In this document: positions 63,939 to 64,000 of the stretch, one piece after another
Numbering within the stretch: position 1 is the stretch's first letter
Layout: the number at the start of each line of letters is the position of its first letter
Source of the DNA: Isurus oxyrinchus
Taxonomy: Eukaryota
Direction: 5' to 3'
Assembly: GCA_026770705.1 (NCBI GenBank)
Contig: JANJGN010000052.1
Coordinates: 3,038,001 to 3,102,000, forward strand
DNA length: 64,000 bases
The notes under the pieces: generated by a model
What the model was told of the DNA's origin: nothing
What the model saw: only the letters and a program-made list of their open reading frames with translations
Database searches by the model: none
Program-made: the position numbers and the translations under genes

Positions 63939-64000
63939 GTAATAACATCGTCAGCTTGGACAGATTTATGGTGAATAGTCTTTGTAAAAGAACATTCTTA

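Overview
Vertebrate genomic DNA with introns, about half repeats and six N-gaps. The CR1/L2-type LINE, SINE and minisatellite content points to a cartilaginous fish (inferred). The window is part of a tandem cluster of Siglec-family (CD22/MAG/CD33-like) immunoglobulin receptor genes on the + strand, reconstructed by hand from GT-AG splice sites. Gene A (CDS 25740-36045): signal peptide, V-set domain with the essential sialic-acid-binding Arg, a C-type domain, three near-identical C2 exons (the middle one has a 1-bp deletion), a neutral TM and a tail with ITIM (LLYANI) plus ITSM-like (TEYTQI) motifs. Gene B (CDS 47352-58264): a near-identical ectodomain with two C2 exons, a Lys/Gly-rich TM and an unrelated tail with three YxN motifs and ITAM-like spacing. 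A and B look like a paired-receptor system. B's tail needs a phase 2-to-0 bridging exon, and the best candidate is an intronic copy of the 85-nt module that precedes every gene as a presumed 5'-UTR exon. Also present: orphan tail exons with stepwise ITIM loss (17.7-20.9 kb), two further leader modules (61-64 kb), a 9-10 kb segmental duplication, and an orphan TATA plus signal-peptide exon at 13.6 kb with hepcidin-like architecture but no mature-peptide exon. Most ORFs in the supplied track are repeat-derived. All splicing is inferred; no expression data are available.
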